Source: Chiloscyllium plagiosum
Taxonomy: Eukaryota
DNA length: 64,000 nucleotides
NCBI RefSeq assembly: GCF_004010195.1
Contig: NC_057728.1
Span: 43,894,569 to 43,958,568 of the forward strand
Direction: 5' to 3'
Shown here: piece by piece, positions 1-12,364 of the stretch
Layout of the letters: every line of letters begins with the position of its first letter
Numbering within the stretch: the first letter of the stretch is position 1
Made by a program: the position numbers and the translations under genes
The notes under the pieces: model-generated
What the model was told of the DNA's origin: nothing
Databases searched by the model: none
Seen by the model: only the letters and a program-made list of their open reading frames with translations

Positions 1-281
1 CCTGAGATCTTCTTCCCGACCTCTCCGCCCCCACCCCAGTCTGACCTATCACCCTCACCTTGACCTCTTTCCACCTATCACATTTCCAACGCTCCTCCCC
101 CAAGTCCCTCCTCCCTACCTTTTATCTTAGCCTGCTGGACAAACTTTCCCCATTCCTGAAGAAGGGCTTATGCCCGAAACGTCGATTCTCCTGTTCCCTG
201 GATGCTGCCTGACCTGCTGCGCTTTTCCAGCAACACATTTCCAGCTCTGATCTCCAGCATCTGCAGACCTCACTTTCTCCT
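1..281 (+). mobile_element. Penelope-like element (PLE) 3' pseudo-LTR with minimal hammerhead motif
   Basis: Close reverse-complement match to 36472-36720, which is attached to a GIY-YIG C-terminal remnant (RRLEEERLIF). Contains CTGAAGA-A-GGGC-TTAT-GCCC-GAAACGTC at 156-183. Confidence 0.8.
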
Positions 282-1788
282 CAATGTTTTCTATTGATGC
301 CCTACAGTGGTTGTAGGAAGTTATGACACATAAGGTCCATCTTCTTTCAACAGGTCTTTAATGATCTAACCAGCAATCCTAAAGGGCAATCTAGGAAATG
401 CTCACAAAATGGCCACACAATTGTTTTCAAAGCTACGTCTTTGGGAGTCTGTCCTGAGTAGATGTGTTCCTGCTGGGTTCGCAAAAGTGATTAACACTAG
501 CTTGGGTGAAGCATCCTTGGAATTGCTACTTCCATCTAGTTGTCTCCTGCAGGTTTTAAGCCGGCCTACTTGGTGTGAGAGTAGCTGAAAAATCATCAGG
601 CCTCTATTGGTGAGCTGAATAAAGAACATAATGCATTGTTTCCTTTCAAATGAGTTTCATGGATGAGCCTGTCAAAATGTTGCATCATACAATAAAATAA
701 CAGAGAGACAAAAAGCTGGAGAATAGGCAGAAAAGATCATGGGACCAGCTAACGAGATTTCAATATATGCAGAAAATGATTGTAAAAACAAGAAAAATAC
801 TACATTTGTACAAGTATATATTAGGATACAGACAAGAGTATGATTGTAGCTGTCAACACCTTAGGATATTAGAACCATGGAGAAGGTACAACAAAACCCA
901 TTTGAACATTGAGGAATAAGAGTTTACAGTTACAAAGAAGAGCTTGAAATATTGCTTTTTTTTCACTGAGACAGACAGGTAATTGGGTGATCTAACAAAG
1001 ACTTTCAAAATTATGAAAGATTTTGTCAGGAAAAGTTGCTAAAGGTTATTTCTGCTGGTTACAAGAAATGCAGAGTGCAATCTTCCAATCCTTAAGGTGA
1101 TGGGAAAGCAACTTAAATGGCGGAATGGTGGTGGATCCGAACTTCACCACCTCTCACCTCAATTGGGACTAAATTTTAGTGGGAAGCTCTTTGTTTAAAT
1201 TTCCTGCACTGCCTCCAACTGAGGTTCAAAGTGGTCAATTAATGAGCACTTAAGTGACTGTTTCCACTGATCAAAATAGTTAGGGTGAGAGAGACAGGGA
1301 ATGATTGTTGACAGCTAAAGCGCTGCCCTTGCTTCCAACCCCATGGTCCTCCCTTTGCCCGTGAGATCCAGCCACAATAACACTCACCTGTACATGGTCA
1401 GTCATCAATTCCAGGAGGCCAGGCAGATGTTTTACCAGTGGCTACCATAGTGCTGCCGAGTGCTGGAGCTGCTGGCCTCGACTTGAATGGCAGATTTTGG
1501 TTGGTGCTATTCCTTCACTTGGGGTCACCAAGATCTGGTAGAAATTACACTGGCCACTCATTAGATGCCTGAACGTGGAACAGGCTTTCTAATCCTAATA
1601 GGGAATGAGGTTCTTTCCACTAACCTTTCCCAGTTTCAGACAATCAGAAAATTGAAGGATGCCGGCCATAGTTCCAAAATCATCAGTAGGAGAAAAGTTA
1701 GTACAGATTGCTCTCATAAGGTCATTACAACTAATGGATACAGATGGAGAGAATATATTTTTAAAGGAAATTGGTCAAGTATTTGAAA

Positions 1789-2014
1789 AGCTGAAAATGT
1801 GTTGCTGGAAAAGCGCAGTAGGTCAGGCAGCATCCAAGGAGCAGGAGAATCAACGTTTCAGGCATGAGCCCTTCTTCAGGAATCATTCCTGAAGAAGGGC
1901 TCATGCCCGAAACGTCGATTCTCCTGCTCCTTGGATGCTGCCTGATCTGCTGCGCTTTTCCAGCAACACATTTTCAGCTCTGATCTCCAGCATCTGCAGT
2001 CCTCACTTTCTCCC
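1789..2014 (+). mobile_element. Fold-back PLE pseudo-LTR insertion with TSD
   Basis: About 95-bp inverted arms centred near 1884 plus a ~35-nt tail. Flanked by direct repeat CAAGTATTTGAAAAG at 1776-1790 and 2015-2029. Confidence 0.85.
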
Positions 2015-2120
2015 CAAGTATTTGAAAAGGCAAAACAAAGTAGGTGTGATTAAATGATAAGAAAATGGTGAAAGGAACATAGATAGCAGTTCAATAAATC
2101 CATATGAGCCAAATACTTTC

Positions 2121-2335
2121 CCACTATGCAATAATTTCACCCACTATGCAGTAATTTCTCCCACAATGCAGTAATTTCTCCCACAATGCAGTAATTTCTC
2201 CCACAATGCGGTAATTTCTCCCACAATGCGGTAATTTCTCAATGCGGTAATTTCTCCCACAATGCGGTAATTTCTCCCACACTGAAGTAATTTCTCCCAC
2301 AATGCAGTAATTTCTCCCACTATGCGGTAATTTCT
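2121..2335. repeat. 20-bp minisatellite, ~11 copies (CCACAATGCAGTAATTTCTC)
   Basis: Directly visible tandem array; one 16-nt truncated unit at 2241. Confidence 0.95.
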
Positions 2336-2349
2336 ATGATTCTACTCAC

Positions 2350-2439
2350 AATGCAGTTTGTAACCGCTTTGGATTGCTTGAACTTGTAGCCGCTCATAAA
2401 AATAAAACACATATAGGCACAGAGAGCCTTAGAATCCAC
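2350..2439 (-). CDS. Tandem-CH-like protein, coding exon 8 (VDSKALCAYMCFIFMSGYKFKQSKAVTNCI); gene continues
   Basis: Poly-T..GAAG acceptor, GTGAGT donor, 90 nt, phase 0/0, open frame; resembles the C-terminal helix of a CH domain. Confidence 0.85.
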
Positions 2440-2537
2440 CTTCATAAAAAAAAAATTTAAAAACATTACATGACAGTAAAAGGAAATGTAGCTTTATTTT
2501 CTGTTTTTCTTTTCCCTTACAATTTTCATATTGTTAC

Positions 2538-2619
2538 CTCAAGCAGATCTTGTGATGTAAAAGAGGTCGATGTACAAATCAATTCTTCCATTGTTTTTAA
2601 AGCAAGATTTGTTATCCAT
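2538..2619 (-). CDS. Tandem-CH-like protein, coding exon 7 (WITNLALKTMEELICTSTSFTSQDLLE)
   Basis: TTTTATAG acceptor, GTAACA donor, 82 nt, phase 2/0 matching both neighbours. Confidence 0.85.
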
Positions 2620-2703
2620 CTATAAAATCAATCACATTCAAAAATAAAATAAGAGCAGAGAGAAATAAGAAGCCATGCTATAATTTATAGTGAGGAGCCT
2701 GAC

Positions 2704-2831
2704 CTGTCACATGGTAGCATTTCCACAATGAACGTGCCAGGCATGAAGGAGTTTACCAGATAGCACCAGACATGACTATCTATCAAGTCACTTAAATCTT
2801 TCACGAGGAGTTTGTGGCCTTCTGATGCAAT
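2704..2831 (-). CDS. Tandem-CH-like protein, coding exon 6 (IASEGHKLLVKDLSDLIDSHVWCYLVNSFMPGTFIVEMLPCD)
   Basis: TTTACACAG acceptor, GTCAGG donor, 128 nt, phase 0/2. Part of ORF 2685..2867; CH-like VKDLSDLIDS..C.LVN..P pattern. Confidence 0.85.
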
Positions 2832-3409
2832 CTGTGTAAATGATAGAAAAAAGGGCGTGAATTTCAATAGATTGAAATTAATTTGATAATTATTATATTA
2901 TGGAGAAGGAACTGATAACCACTTTGGGTCAGAACCCAGTGGCATTGAATGTGAACAGCATCTATGAGTATTGAGGGGGAACAGGGACTAGGAACTTTGA
3001 GGAGGGCAACAGTTTAGCAGCACTGAACAAGAGCAAAGATTTACATCAGGCAATATTTTTTGTTTTGGCCTCCTTCAACTCTTTGGCCACACAAAGATCA
3101 AAACTAAAACTTTCTTGAGCTGTTTCCTTTGACTTAGCTCAAACCGTTGAATAACAAATAATATTTTTTCATGAAAAATACCTTGCTTGGCATCAGCTAA
3201 AATGATGGTAAGATCATGAATCGTCAAAATGAATTTCCATAACAATTTAAAATTTACTTCTGATCAACTTTTCTTTTCATAAACTATCCATTGATATACT
3301 CTCATTCATATTGCAACAGGAATAATATTTTATATTGTTTCAGTTATGGTATTGATACTGCATTCTGTGACTCTACAAAAAATAAGTCTTCTGTGTTGAA
3401 TAAAACCAC

Positions 3410-3516
3410 CTGTAGATGGGCATTAATAAGATCCAGGATGCATTCAACACCGGAAGGGTAGTAATCCCAGCCTTCTTTAGGAATCTTCCTGTTAAAAATT
3501 TTAGCTACCTCACGAC
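3410..3516 (-). CDS. Tandem-CH-like protein, coding exon 5 (REVAKIFNRKIPKEGWDYYPSGVECILDLINAHLQ)
   Basis: TCTCTAAG acceptor, CAG|GTGGTT donor, 107 nt, phase 1/0; ILDLINAHL resembles CH helix A. Confidence 0.8.
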
Positions 3517-4390
3517 CTTAGAGACAGAATACAATAAAAATTAGTTTTTTTTTCACTTTTATCATCACAAGACAACTAACATTTTTGTAAAGAAATAGTA
3601 TGATAACTTTTGAAATGTTGCACTCCTGATTGTTGCCTGAAAACTCAGCAGGTGAAGTTGCTTGTCAAATATTCTATGCTGTTTTCAAGAGAGACTCCAT
3701 AGCCACAGTCTTTTACCTCACTAAACATAATCACCAAAAATAAATTGAAGTTATTCTGGATACAGTTTATCCTTTTCATTGCTCTGAGATAATAGTAAAT
3801 GATATTTCGATATAAAATGTTGCAATAAGGTCCCAAGACTAGTCTAAAGACCTAAATAATGTTTTAAATGCAGTAATTATTCATTTCAATTGTTCATGTT
3901 TTGAAAGTTAACCACAGTAACATTAAACTATAATGACATTTCATAAGTAGGAATTTCTAATGTTTAGGCTAAGATTTGGAGCAAAAATTGTTTTAATTAA
4001 CATGTCTTAACATGCTTTCAAGAAAAACATAATACAACTATACTGCAAAACAATTCTTCCCTCAGAGTTAATCTATTTATATCTATTTATTATAAATTTC
4101 TATTTCTCTCTTCACAGATGCTGCTGAGTTTCTGCAGCACTTCCTGTCTTAATTTCAGATTTTCTGCATCCGCATTATTTTGCATTTATCGGACACTACA
4201 GGAGATTGTTTTCTCTACTGGTGAATCAAAAACAGGAGGGTATAGTTTCAGGGTAAGATAGTGTCTGCCATTTAAGACATATTTTGTCAGAGTTTGTTGT
4301 ATAATCTGAATGTGGAATGCCTCAGGATGCTTTACTGTGTTAATACTTGTATAAATATGAGTATTTAAAAACTAAGATGGTGATAATTAC

Positions 4391-4556
4391 CTGGAAAAGG
4401 TTCAAAATCCTGCAATTGTAATGATTCAATCAGGGAAGAAATAGAAGATTGTTCTGTGGAACCTATTAATGTCTCAAGATCATCAAAAAATGACAGAGGT
4501 GTGCTTGTTTGTTGTATAGAATTCTCCTGGTCTGGTGATCGAACCTTTGGGGTCCA
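4391..4556 (-). CDS. Tandem-CH-like protein, coding exon 4 (WTPKVRSPDQ...QDFEPFP; Ser/Thr-rich linker)
   Basis: TTCAG acceptor, CAG|GTAATT donor, 166 nt, phase 0/1; supplies exactly the phase change needed between its neighbours. Confidence 0.8.
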
Positions 4557-4714
4557 CTGAATTCAAGACATAAAACAATGTTCTTAGCTTGAATTCCTAG
4601 TCCACAATTACCACATACATCAGTCACATAATTACAAGCTATGTGTACTACTTTGCTCTTAACTACATTGTTTCAAAGTTATTTCACTATTGTTTATCCA
4701 CATTGTTTGAAGAT

Positions 4715-5100
4715 GGGAGATGATAGATATATTGGTAATGTCAGTGGACTAGTAATCTCGAGGGCCAGACTAATGCTATGGGGACATAGGTTCAAACATG
4801 GCAGCCAGTGGAAATCAAATGCAATTAATAAATTTGGAATATGCAACTACTTTTGGTTATGAGAATAAATATCACTTTATTTTAACAAAAGGTCCAATTC
4901 ACTTGCATCCTTTTGGGGAGGAATTCTGTCATCCTTCCCTGGTCAGACCTCATGTGATTCTAGAATCACATGCAACATGGCTGACTCTTAACAGCTCTTT
5001 GAGTGGCCTTGTAAACCATTCTGTTCACAGGCAATAAGGGTTGGATAACAGATATTAGCCTTGCTAGCAATGCCTCCCTCCTATAAATGAATAAAGGAAA
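4715..5100 (+). mobile_element. tRNA-headed SINE-like repeat (family also at 27490-27810)
   Basis: Two related copies sharing ggactagtaatc..ggttcaaa head, ccttacctggtc..tgtgactctaga core and an A-rich 3' end. Confidence 0.55.
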
Positions 5101-5444
5101 AATGTATTTCTTAAAATGAGAACAGGATTGGCTTTAATGTGAGTGCTGTTAGCAGTAATATTTTAATAACAAAACTAAATTTCATTTCAAAGAAATCCTT
5201 TTGAAGAATTATAGCAACATTTATATCAAGTAAAGTCAAGAATAATGTTGCAACGTTCCGTTTAAAATCAATCATATAAGGATTCTGTCAGTTACAATCT
5301 CAAACTACATTATCCCAATTTAAAAGATCCAATAAAAGGAATAAATTAAACATTCCAGAAACAAATTGATTATATCCCTTTTCTATTATAGCAATATGGT
5401 GAATGCTGTGAAAACATAGAGAACGTAAATAGTAACCCTCATAC

Positions 5445-5555
5445 CATGAAGCAAACAGAGCAGACCAGTTTATCATTGTCAAGCTGGAGTTGGCTGGATC
5501 GTTCCCAGGTGAATTGAATATCATGCACTATTAACCTCCACAGTAGTTCCTTTAT
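5445..5555 (-). CDS. Tandem-CH-like protein, coding exon 3 (IKELLWRLIVHDIQFTWERSSQLQLDNDKLVCSVCFM)
   Basis: TACTTTAG acceptor, GTATGA donor, 111 nt, phase 0/0; LLWRLI matches the CH1 C-terminal helix pattern. Confidence 0.85.
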
Positions 5556-5989
5556 CTAAAGTACAAATCAAATGCATTCCTCACAACATAAGTCATCATG
5601 AAATCCAAATATTCATTGCCAAGAATTACTAAATAACACTGTAATCATCTGATGCATTCAAGAAAAATAATTGCACATTGGCTGGCCTTTGCAATTTTAA
5701 TCATGGTAAGACCATTAGCATTCATATCATAATGCCTAGTACCAGCACATGCATAGTTATATACTTAAATCCAAAAACAATTGTAATGAATCCATGGATA
5801 GCCTTGTGGTATCCTGTTTCGTATTTATAAATGACTGAACTGATAAAAAAAACTACCTTTTAAAATGTAATATTAATCCATACTAGTATCTTACCCCAAT
5901 CCCAAAAAACTCTCATGTTGTTTATGAACATCCTGTGTGGGATCCAGTGATGAGAGGAATGAATGTTGAATGTGATGAATGGGGTGCCA

Positions 5990-7140
5990 GTTTTATCCAG
6001 GGTAATGTTAAACTTCTAGAATATTGAAGTGGTCTCATCCAGGGAAGAGAAACGTATTTACAATGCTATCAGGGAGGAAATTTCAGGATTTTGATCCAGC
6101 AGCATTGATAAAACAGTGATATATTAAACGAGTCAAAACCCTGCCTAATAGCATTGTGGGTCAACCCATGACAAGAAGGCAGCTCACATTACTTTCTCAA
6201 GGGCAGCAAAGGATCTTCAATAAATGCTGGGCCCAGCCAATGATGCCCACATCTCATGAATGAATTTAAAAAATTCCAAATCAGGATGGTGTGTGGCTCA
6301 GAGGGAAACTTGCTGGTAGTGGTGTTACCATGTTGTCTTTGTCTTTCAAGATGAGTATTGTTTATGCATTTGGAAGAAACTGTGAGGAACCTTGGTGAAT
6401 TTCCTCAATGCATCTACTAAGTGTCCATGGTGAATGTTTATGGCTGGGATGCCATCAAGTGGACTCCTTTGACCTGAACGGTATCAAGCTTCTTGAGCAT
6501 TGTTAGGCTGCAATCAGCCAGCCAAGTAGGGAGTATTCCATCACCATGTCTTCTAGATGGTAGACAGGCTTTAGCAAATCAGGAGGTGAGTTAATTGCTA
6601 CTGCATTCCTAGTCTTTGATCGGCTGGTGTAGCTGCTGAATTTAGATGGCTAGTCCAAATTGGTTTATTTTCAATGGTAACCCCAGGATGTTGATAGTGG
6701 GGGATTCTGTGATAGTAATGCCATTGAATGTCAAGAGGCAATGGTTAGATTCTCTCTTGTTGGAGATGGTTAGTGTCTGGCACTTGTGTGGCACAAATGT
6801 TCTTTGTCACTTGTTCGCCAAACCAGAATATTGTCCAGGTCTGGCTGCATTTGGACATGGACAGCTTCAGTATTTGATGAGTCATGCTTGGTGCTGAGCA
6901 TTATGCAATTATTAGCAAACATCCTCTTTTATGACTTTATGATGGAGGAAAGATCATTGATGAAGCAGCTGAAGATGTTTGGGTCTAGGAAACAACCCTT
7001 AGGTACTCTGCAAAAATGTCCTGGAGCTGAGATGACTACTCTCCAACAATCGAAACCATCTTCCTTTATGCTAGATGTGACTCAAAATAGTGAAAAGTTT
7101 TGCCCCTGATTCCCGAAGACTCCAATTTTTCTCGGGTTCT
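5990..7140 (-). mobile_element. Decayed LINE (CR1/L2-like RT 3' region)
   Basis: Shares degenerate blocks with 15570-16460 and, in opposite orientation, 40220-40750; many stop codons. Confidence 0.5.
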
Positions 7141-7919
7141 TTGAAATTCTAGTAGTCTCAAAATAAGGTTTAGTGAAAAAGGCTAATGCTCTTGGGCAGA
7201 CAGAAGGTAGTTCCAACAAATGGAACACTGTCTGATGAGAAGTAGTTAGTTATGAATCACAGCAGGTAAGTGGAACTAGTTGTAGTTTTAAGTTACTTCT
7301 GAGAGTTCATTTGATTTGTGACAGATGGACAACATCATAATATACAAGTATCTCAGGGACGATAATTGAAAAAATCATATTCCCTCTGCTTGGAGAGATT
7401 GACTATATAAATGTCAAATAATTTAAATAAATGCCAGTATCCTGCTTCAATTGAAAAATATATCAAATTCATTTAACCATTTTCATCATTTTTATTTCAA
7501 ACTTGAATTATCTGACAGTTCCAACACTGGCTAGTTCTAAATCTTGTCAAGCTAATTGAAGGTCTCTCCTCCACTATAACCACTGGTTAAACTGTTCTTA
7601 ACAATATTTTCTCTTAAAATATAAATAATTAACTGAAATATAGAACCAGTGCCATCTAGCCTGAAACAACAGAGTAAAAATGTGAATTTAATGTAACAGA
7701 ACTTACGAGGTGAACATGATGAACATTTGTAATGTTGGAGAATTGTTCTAAGTGCACAGTACCAACAAAAGAAAAATGATTAAAGATAACGCAGAATAAC
7801 ATAATTGTTTGCTCTGAATTTGATTTCTATTCTATCCAGGTGTACCACTGTCATCAACCTCAGATCAATAATTGTATGTGTGATGCACAGTCAGCACATC
7901 AGAGATACATTGTATTTGT

Positions 7920-8590
7920 AAAGGCTATAATAGTAGAATATTTGGAAATATTATATATCCACATGGAGTCTTGTTGGCTTTGTAAATGGGAAATCATATT
8001 CTTTGAGAAGTTAACAAGCAAGTTAGATAAAAGAGGACAGTAGATGTAACATATTTGGATTTCCAAAAGGCAATCATAAGGTACTTCAGAGGCTACTTTA
8101 TAAGATGAGGCCATGGTGTTAGGGGTCATTGCTTTATCATAGATAGAAGATTGGCTAACTAATAGACGACAGAGAGTTGGGATAAAAGGGGTAATTTCAG
8201 GATGGCAACCTGTAACCAGGGCAACACCACAGGGATCAATGCTATGGCCATAGTTATTTACAACATATACTAATGACTTGGCTGAAGGAAGTGAAGTTAT
8301 TATTGCCAAGTTTGCAGATTGCACAGAAATAGGTGGTAAAGCAAATAGTGAAGATGATACAAAATCTACAGGTAGATATAGAAAAGTTGACTGAGTGGGC
8401 ATAAACTTGGCTGAATGTAATATTGGAAAATGTGGGGTTATGCACTTTCTATGCACTTAGAATGGAAATGCTGAATGTTATTGAAATGGAGAAGGACACA
8501 GAAATCTGCAGCACAGATTAATTTGGGAGTCCTGTGAATGATTTAGAAAAAGCTAGCATTCAAGATCAGCAGGTGATTGGGAAGGTAATT
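7920..8590 (+). mobile_element. Decayed CR1 LINE RT fragment
   Basis: Remnants of DV.YLDFQKA, PQGSMLWP, YTNDL, KFAD.T and KCGVMHF motifs. Confidence 0.8.
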
Positions 8591-8996
8591 GGAGAGTGTA
8601 GAACCAGAAGGTATACTCTGAGAGAAAGGTGCCCAACTAAGACAGCTGATGAGGAATTTCTTCTCTCATGACAGCAATTCTCTACTACAATAACTGAAAA
8701 TATCTCGGTCACCAGGAATAAAGAGAATAAAGGAAGGTATCCAGCCTGGTCAACAACTTGCAGTGAAGTGCTTTTGAACTTCAGCACAAATATATCATCA
8801 GATCGGATGTAATGATTTGCTTGACCAAAATGGAGATGAGCTGCTTGTGAGTCCATGAAATGCAGACCATGTCTACCGATTCAGAATATAGTTCAAAGAA
8901 GACATTTCCTGTTCTGATAGTTCAGGATATTATTGAGAAGAAAGGGTCTAGACTGAAAATTCAGGACACTGCAAGGAAAAAAATATTAGTTTAACA

Positions 8997-9862
8997 ATGA
9001 CGTGCAGGGGTTGGTGTTGGACTGGGGTGGACAAAGTTAAAAATCACACAACACCAGGTTATAGTCCAAAAGGTTTATTTCAGAGCACTGCTCCTTCATC
9101 AGGTGGTTGTGAAGTATAACATCATAAAACACAGAATTTATAGCAAAAGATTACTGTGTCATGAAACTTAAATGATATATTGAACAAACCTGGATTGTTA
9201 AGTCTTTCATCTTTTAGAACGGGTTGCGTTTCGGTTCATTAATATGTAAATTCCAGAGCTTCTTTTAAGTCACCTTCTCAAGATAACTTGAGGTTTTATA
9301 TGCACATCCACAAGCACACACTCACTCACTCTCTCTCTCTCATGCACACATATAAGTCTATGGGTGAATTTGTATTTACAGAATTATATTTGTAGATACA
9401 TTATATTTTGCTCAAAACATGCACAGTCTGCAGGCAGTCAATGCAGGCAGTCAAGCCATGTAATATTTTGTAAATTCCACTTTGAAAATAGAACCAGTGT
9501 GACTCAAGATTGGGATACAGACAGACTCTGACCTCATACCTTTAATGCATTGTCTGAGCTGAGATGTCACCTTTTGTAATAAAACCTTAAATTATCTCGA
9601 GAAGGTGACTTAAAAGAAGTTTTGGGATTTACATATTAATGAAACCAAACTTTCAACCCATTCTAAAAGATGAAAAACTTAACAATCCAAATTTGTTCAA
9701 TATATCATTTCAGTTTCATGACACTGTAATCTTTGATGATAAATTCTGTGTCTTATGATCCTATACTCCACAACCACCTGATGAAGGAGCAACGCTCCAA
9801 AAGCTAGCGCTTCCAAATAAATCTGTTGGACTATAACCTGGTGTTGTGTGATTTTTAACTTA
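8997..9862 (-). mobile_element. Large fold-back PLE-derived element (second pseudo-LTR family)
   Basis: About 270-bp inverted arms (~9035-9300 and ~9575-9862), a ~37-nt tail on one arm, near-TSD TTAGTTT(T)AACA, and degenerate hammerhead cores in both arms. Confidence 0.7.
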
Positions 9863-11628
9863 GTTTTAACAGTGCAGCTGTCTTCTATAAGAGATATTGA
9901 TGAGATTAAAAATCCTCCAGATGATATTGGGGACAACTGCATGAGTTGTCGGAAGGAGTTCCTTTTGAAGGTAATTCAGATCAAAAGCTTGCAGATGGAC
10001 TGAAAGGTCTGTTTCCATGCTGTACAAATCTATGACTCCATATATGAATATGAAGAGTTTAGAGGTATATGGGCCAAATGTTGGCAAATGGGACTAGATT
10101 AATTTAGGATATCTGGTCAGCATGGAGAAGTTAGACCGAAGGGTCTGTTTCCATGCAGTACAGCTCTATGACTTAATTACTCTATAAGGTAAGGAGACAA
10201 CTACAAGGTTTAGCAGGAGCAACATTCTCCAGGAAGGACATTCAAGGGATAAAAGATTCTACCAGTGGAGAAATAATTTACAAAGATCACAGTCAAGATC
10301 CATAATCCTCAGGCCAAATCCTTGTCAGTCCTAACAAGTCTATGGGAACATGTTCTGAGAAGATTTGAAAAACCTTCAGGCAGCCTGAATTTGTGAAGTC
10401 AGAGACTTGGGGGGAAATGGGTTAAATGGGAAGTTTAAGAATAAAGTATGGAAAGAAAGACTGGTTCCTGTTAGCTGCTTGATAACGCTTTTGTTTCAGT
10501 GTTGTGTCAGGCTGTTGAACTCGTTGTTAATTTGTTTTTTAAAAGAGGAACAAGAAGGACTAGTGACAGCATTCTATCCCAAACACAAGCTGCCAGTGGT
10601 AGTAATGAAAACTATGACATGGTGATTAGCAGTGGATTTGTTCCATAAATAGCTCAAGGTAACCAGAGAGGAATAAAAATTCCATTTGACTCTAAAGCAA
10701 AAAATTAACCGCTTTAACAGCATCACCAATATAACAACTAATGCAGCAACACAACATGCAGAATTCATGGACAGAATGGACTGTTATAACTGTTACAATC
10801 ACTGTGTAAGGTGGAGCCATGGAGCAAATTGAAAATACGAATGAGCAATTTCAAGTCTTAAAGCGAATATCGAAAGGTTTGCTGAAGCAACCTTACAACT
10901 TCTAACATCAGTCCATCTAAGAATCTAATTTCTACGACTTTCCATTTAATGAATTCTCCAAACAGCTTCTCACCAAAGCATGAAAAATAGCACCTTTTAA
11001 TAGCAGCTTGAGCTGATTTTATTCTGTTTCCTGTCAGCAAAAGAGTGCTGTTTAAAATCAATTTATGTGCACTGTCCAACTTATGCAATCTAAATGTTAG
11101 CAAAATTCTTAATTTTTGAGGAGAACCTTTGGTGCATTAAACATTAAAGCTAAACTAACTTTTACACTCTAAAACTAAATTGATTGTAATACTGCATGAA
11201 TTGCAACCATATCACAAGAGGTGCAAAGCCAACACAATAATACATGATTACCTTAAGGTGTTGGCACATTGTTTTGAAATCATATCATACAGATCTCTGT
11301 AGTTATGTATCAGATTCCAAATCTAATTTTTCAAATTTATTTGAACACCTGACTACTAATTCTCCAAGAGGGGAGCCAACACTCAATGAATAGAGCTGAT
11401 TCCGTGATCAACCATACCTGTGAGCTCAGCTCTCTGCTCGAAGCACAATTATCCCTCTCAGCCATATACTGACTATTGATTATGATTTCAATCAACCCCA
11501 ATAGCATTGAAAGAAATTATTACATGTTTGCTAGAATTATCAAAATATCAATTCTCAAGTGTTAATGTTATTTAATGCAGTGTCACCCAAGCAACAGAAT
11601 TAAAGTTGGAAGAGATCTTGGTACATAC

Positions 11629-11798
11629 ACGTTTAGTATTTTTCTTGGCAATTATGCCACAATCAATTTTGCTATTCTCTGGTATAATGCCTGCTGTCCG
11701 CAGTTCGACCAATAACAACTCAAACTGTGCAGCAACTTGTCGGCTTGAGTGGCAGCAAGTCATGCTCTGCATATTCTTTGGTGACCGTCCAGTGAAGC
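11629..11798 (-). CDS. Tandem-CH-like protein, coding exon 2 (GFTGRSPKNMQS...IDCGIIAKKNTKR)
   Basis: TTTTATTAG acceptor, GTATGT donor, 170 nt, phase 1/0; overlaps ORF 11572..11772. Confidence 0.85.
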
Positions 11799-12364
11799 CT
11801 AATAAAAAGACAATAACCTTTTTTCAATAACTCTCAATCAACAATTAGCAGAAATAAAACTTATATTTTGGAAAATCAGGGCTCAAAATGTGTCTTTATC
11901 AAAGAAAAATAATTACATAAATTCTGTCAAATTCCTTACTTACGTGATTAAATCAATGTTTACAATAGTTAAATAATGCAAACATTAAATTTTCAATTCA
12001 GGAATATTTGTCATAATATTATTCCTTAAAATCTTCTCAAGAGAAGGTGCAACAATTATTTTTAAGTAAACGTGGGAATTAACAGTAAATTCTGCCTCTT
12101 CGCTTGTTTCTGTCAATAACATTGAATATGCTAATCAATGTTCATAAAAGTACATATGAAGATGTGGCCTATATGGTAGCCACTCAGCAGATTAAAATTG
12201 ATTTAATAATGTTTATGCAACAGCTTTTCAAGAAAAGATATCAAGTCATACTTCATACATTTCATAGAAATATTTACAGTGGCATTAACCCAGTACATCT
12301 ATTATTCCAATTGTCAAATTCTATGGAGACATTTTAAAAAAAAACTTGATTTATTTGAACTTAC

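Noticed and set aside
402-629. 75-aa minus-strand ORF as a further exon
   Set aside because: Splice boundaries and phase could not be established; no motif support.
1388-1500. Possible next exon of the CH-like gene (CAG|GTGAGT donor near 1388, minus strand)
   Set aside because: No convincing acceptor or protein-like continuation; the region looks like decayed repeat.
2121-2335. Possible CRISPR-like array
   Set aside because: Head-to-tail units with no unique spacers in vertebrate DNA; a minisatellite.
10858-11103. 81-aa minus-strand ORF inside the CH-like gene
   Set aside because: Not needed: exon 11629 joins 5555 in phase and completes the CH1 pattern.
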